This document shows positions 62,201 to 64,000 of a stretch of DNA of 64,000 bases, piece by piece; the first letter of the stretch is position 1, and every line of letters starts with the position of its first letter. The DNA is taken from positions 40,106 to 104,105 of IMG/VR virus record IMGVR_UViG_3300005366_000002; one strand, given 5' to 3'. Origin of the DNA: a virus. Position numbers and translations under genes: made by a program. A model generated the notes under the pieces. That model had not been told where the DNA came from. It saw only the letters and a list, made by a program, of their open reading frames with translations, and searched no databases.

Positions 62201-63917
62201 CACGACGACCTCCGACGGTTTGTACGCGTTCAACACCTGCTACAACTGCGTGCAGGTGGATCAGGCAGGGACCGGCAACGGCTTCCTCCGCAACGAGGGC
62301 TCGCAGGGTGCACCGTCGCACGTCATCCGCGCCTACGACAACATCTTCGCATGCGGTCCGGACACGGTTACCAACTCGATGCACTGGTTCGTCGCGTCCT
62401 CGGACTCGAACGGCAGCGACGGCTACGACCTGAAGCGCAACCTCTACTCGGCGGCCGGGCGGACGATCCCGAACGACCCGACCGAGACCATGGGCGTCTA
62501 CGGCGATCCGCTGTTCACCAACCCATCGGCGTCGGACTTCACGCTTCAGGCTGCCTCGCCGGCGGTCAACGCGGCCACCTACCCGCTGGGTTCGCTGCTG
62601 ACTGTCCAGGACGACTTCACCGCGATGAACACGCGCCTCTACGGTGGCGTGCCGGACATCGGGGCGCTGGAACGTGTGGGCGTCACGCCCTTCCCGATCA
62701 ATCCTCCTACGTTCTCCGGTGGTCCGCAGGTTGGCGTGTCGACTCACGTGACACCTGGCACTTGGGGCAACACCCCGACGAGCGAGGCCTACGACTTCCA
62801 GGTCGCTACGGTCTCCAAGCTGACGGCCACAGGGTTCGCGGGTGCCAACTACACCCCGGACTACACCGGCGTTCGCCTCGATCTCCAATGCGTGATCACG
62901 GCGACCAACGGGGCTGGCAGCTCTCAGTACGTGCTGGAGATCGGAACGATTGCCCAAGGTGTGGGTGGTCCTACGAACACGGTGACCCCAACGCTCAGCG
63001 GTACGTTCCGTGTCGGTGGGACCGCGACCTGTAACCCGGGCTCGTGGTCCGGGACCAACAGCGGGTACGACTACCAGTGGTACTCGGTGGTCGGTTCTAC
63101 GTCGACGCCGATCAGTGGTGCGACGGCTCAGACCTACACGTTCACCAACGGGGACTATCTGAACAACGTGTTCTGCAAGGTCTTCGCCCGCAACACGACG
63201 ACCGGTTCCGGTGTGGCTCAGTCGGCGAACAGCCCGCAGATCGCGGCCGGTATCGCTGACCCTGTCGTGGTCCAGTCGAAGACTGGCAACGCTCCGACCT
63301 CGACCAACACGTCGATCACGATGAACAGCTCCGTCACAAGCGGAAACTGGATCATCGCTGTCGGCCAGGTCTGGGACAACGCGATCGACAACGGGAACAT
63401 CAGCGACAATCAGGGCCACATCTATGGGTCCGGCGGTAACGGCACGTACACGATGTACGCGCGTGCTCCGGCTCCGAACAGCAACAACCCGAACTCGCAG
63501 TTCTTCGCGGTCAAGCTCACGGCAGGTGGGACCTACACAACGACCGTCAACCCGCAAGCGTCCAACGGCACCAACCTGATCTTCCTGGAGATCGGTGGCA
63601 CCGACGTGACAACGCTGGTCGACCTCGCGCAGGTCTCGGCTACTTCGAGCGGCACGTCGAGCTCGGTGGTGCTGACCGGCAGTGTGGCGAACACGAAGAA
63701 CAACGACCTGGAGCTGGTGCAAGTGACCGTCCCAGGTACGGGTATCGCGTTCTCCGCCTACACCGGGTGGAACCTGGAGGCCCAGGTCAGCACCTCACTG
63801 GCCACGCTGGCCGTGTTCTCGCGCAAGGCGAGCACGACGGAGACCCTGTCGTTCTCGTGCACAACCACCGGCACTGCATGGACTGCGCAGTCGCTGGTTC
63901 TCAAGGGAGGCCTGTGA
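59265..63917 (+). CDS. Large tail fibre/spike: collar domain, cadherin/VCBS-like and IPT domains, pectin-lyase-like beta-helix, Ig repeats
   Basis: ITDAG...EVGYY N-terminus; DPDGDPLTLT; Asn-ladder repeats; DPLF..DFTLQAASPAVN..PDIGALE; YDYQW Ig motif. Confidence 0.8.
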   Translation: MSTIQITDAGVAIMQAATAPVVLTSYRLGTGFGYIPTSGQTALQGSTVFTGTPGAPVVKDANTVLYPSQVPSNAGTFQFGEVGYYYGSTLFAILVCDTLITKTPLDPQTNQGGPIIIDAFIPMVGGNYQMWANISESNTNKVSVASGPEGLPYSVNALPNIWIVNAVGAAKSFLAYTDRQGLWSFDTYNEALESHATGSTTTAIKLDASIWAASNLTYTGLGSLLIQCASGTNAAASRYVVSALEDNSGNIVLSLNAPLTKPCNVGDFIKVYVPTADAIQSGGGGSDVTTFPPVPSTPSTSDKIVMLQGGQGYTYTFGQFANWLSSVAGFNRPPQGTDIGSTTFDTASQITGNLYSTISDPDGDPLTLTSIGYTDDGGTFTTFDPNAGSVQTGLGVFFADPATGNWTFTLGKGARALLDGQTGHEIITYVMADGRGGIRTNHLTITVNGTNQKPIVAFVNGGTPMNVEVTGNLLYRLAFDYETGVTVASYTVAGMTGTFTGTTTVVVGGTTYGVIDIESNGDWSFTPATDFVGPVPTITYGVTDGVNVVPSYLTLAVTPLISGSQPQILGTDVVAGPTTGGENNQGQYLTIFGRRFGPNSGIGTNTKVYIGGVEVVHYIQMVDDQLAPKFSGLQRIDVRVGSLGSPVQGQALHIKVTYNGQDSNQDFTFTPNPGRFLYVSHAGNDSTAVVGDINHPFRMLQYPDRTQRSVYTELLPGDTVILMDSDGQPWTDIGYNSTWLRFRDPQQQGSAPTGQAGTGWITFKGYPGQTIHYITTGNGLAGGIQGPGSAFTGTCGDWIVVSNLSIEVQGGSRRDAGPINMQYNSERWRIVGCNLGPWVAGDSAVLNCACISGEGNFIYIAFNKMHDVEGTSALQNHGIYAGTTSYGWEICFNWMFNMTGGSLIQFNDSDGGTNLFQTPYGVWTGFTNIKIHHNWLETSAKYGILFADINTGNGGELDFRVWNNIILNTGLAPLRLNTNTTTSDGLYAFNTCYNCVQVDQAGTGNGFLRNEGSQGAPSHVIRAYDNIFACGPDTVTNSMHWFVASSDSNGSDGYDLKRNLYSAAGRTIPNDPTETMGVYGDPLFTNPSASDFTLQAASPAVNAATYPLGSLLTVQDDFTAMNTRLYGGVPDIGALERVGVTPFPINPPTFSGGPQVGVSTHVTPGTWGNTPTSEAYDFQVATVSKLTATGFAGANYTPDYTGVRLDLQCVITATNGAGSSQYVLEIGTIAQGVGGPTNTVTPTLSGTFRVGGTATCNPGSWSGTNSGYDYQWYSVVGSTSTPISGATAQTYTFTNGDYLNNVFCKVFARNTTTGSGVAQSANSPQIAAGIADPVVVQSKTGNAPTSTNTSITMNSSVTSGNWIIAVGQVWDNAIDNGNISDNQGHIYGSGGNGTYTMYARAPAPNSNNPNSQFFAVKLTAGGTYTTTVNPQASNGTNLIFLEIGGTDVTTLVDLAQVSATSSGTSSSVVLTGSVANTKNNDLELVQVTVPGTGIAFSAYTGWNLEAQVSTSLATLAVFSRKASTTETLSFSCTTTGTAWTAQSLVLKGGL

Positions 63918-64000
63918 TGGCTATGGACTTCAGCAAGAACCGCTTCTTCTTCGCCGCTGGCACCAAGGTCAAGGTGCGTGACACCTTCGGTGCCGTCTGC
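63917..64000 (+). CDS. Start of the next tail-region gene (3'-truncated)
   Basis: GGAGG RBS; TGATG overlap; MAMDFSKNRFFF. Confidence 0.55.
   Translation, partial: MAMDFSKNRFFFAAGTKVKVRDTFGAVC

Overview
This window is a 64-kb segment of a large, high-GC (roughly two-thirds by eye) contractile-tailed phage. Gene content and order recall RSL1/Lu11/PaBG/Y3-type jumbo myoviruses; that placement is from memory and was not searched. The + strand block (1-37.5 kb) holds nrdAB, a glycosyltransferase, a GIY-YIG homing endonuclease, a 1650-aa SNF2 helicase and the head/tail module (assemblin-like prohead protease, scaffold, decoration protein, major capsid, sheath, tube). The - strand block (37.7-58.8 kb) is mainly replication/recombination (DnaB, UvsW-like helicase, beta-clamp, SbcC, dNMP kinase, DnaJ, DnaX-like loader, Cas4-like nuclease). 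A ferritin-like gene and a large tail fibre follow on +. Main observations: (1) Twelve otherwise unrelated + strand proteins share an N-terminal leader, L-[QN]-A-x-x-R-L-x-A, ending in an assemblin-type [VL]-x-A site. This is a candidate capsid-targeting and protease-cleaved cargo-loading system. (2) A gene beside dnaB consists of two copies of a major-capsid segment, and a second small gene resembles a portal fragment; both are candidate decoys against structural-protein-sensing defences. (3) Two phage-specific promoter-like motifs separate replication genes (TAAATAS) from virion genes (CAATTTYAT). (4) A candidate structured ncRNA lies at about 37.5 kb. No tRNAs or CRISPR arrays were seen. 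All homology calls are motif recognition by eye.
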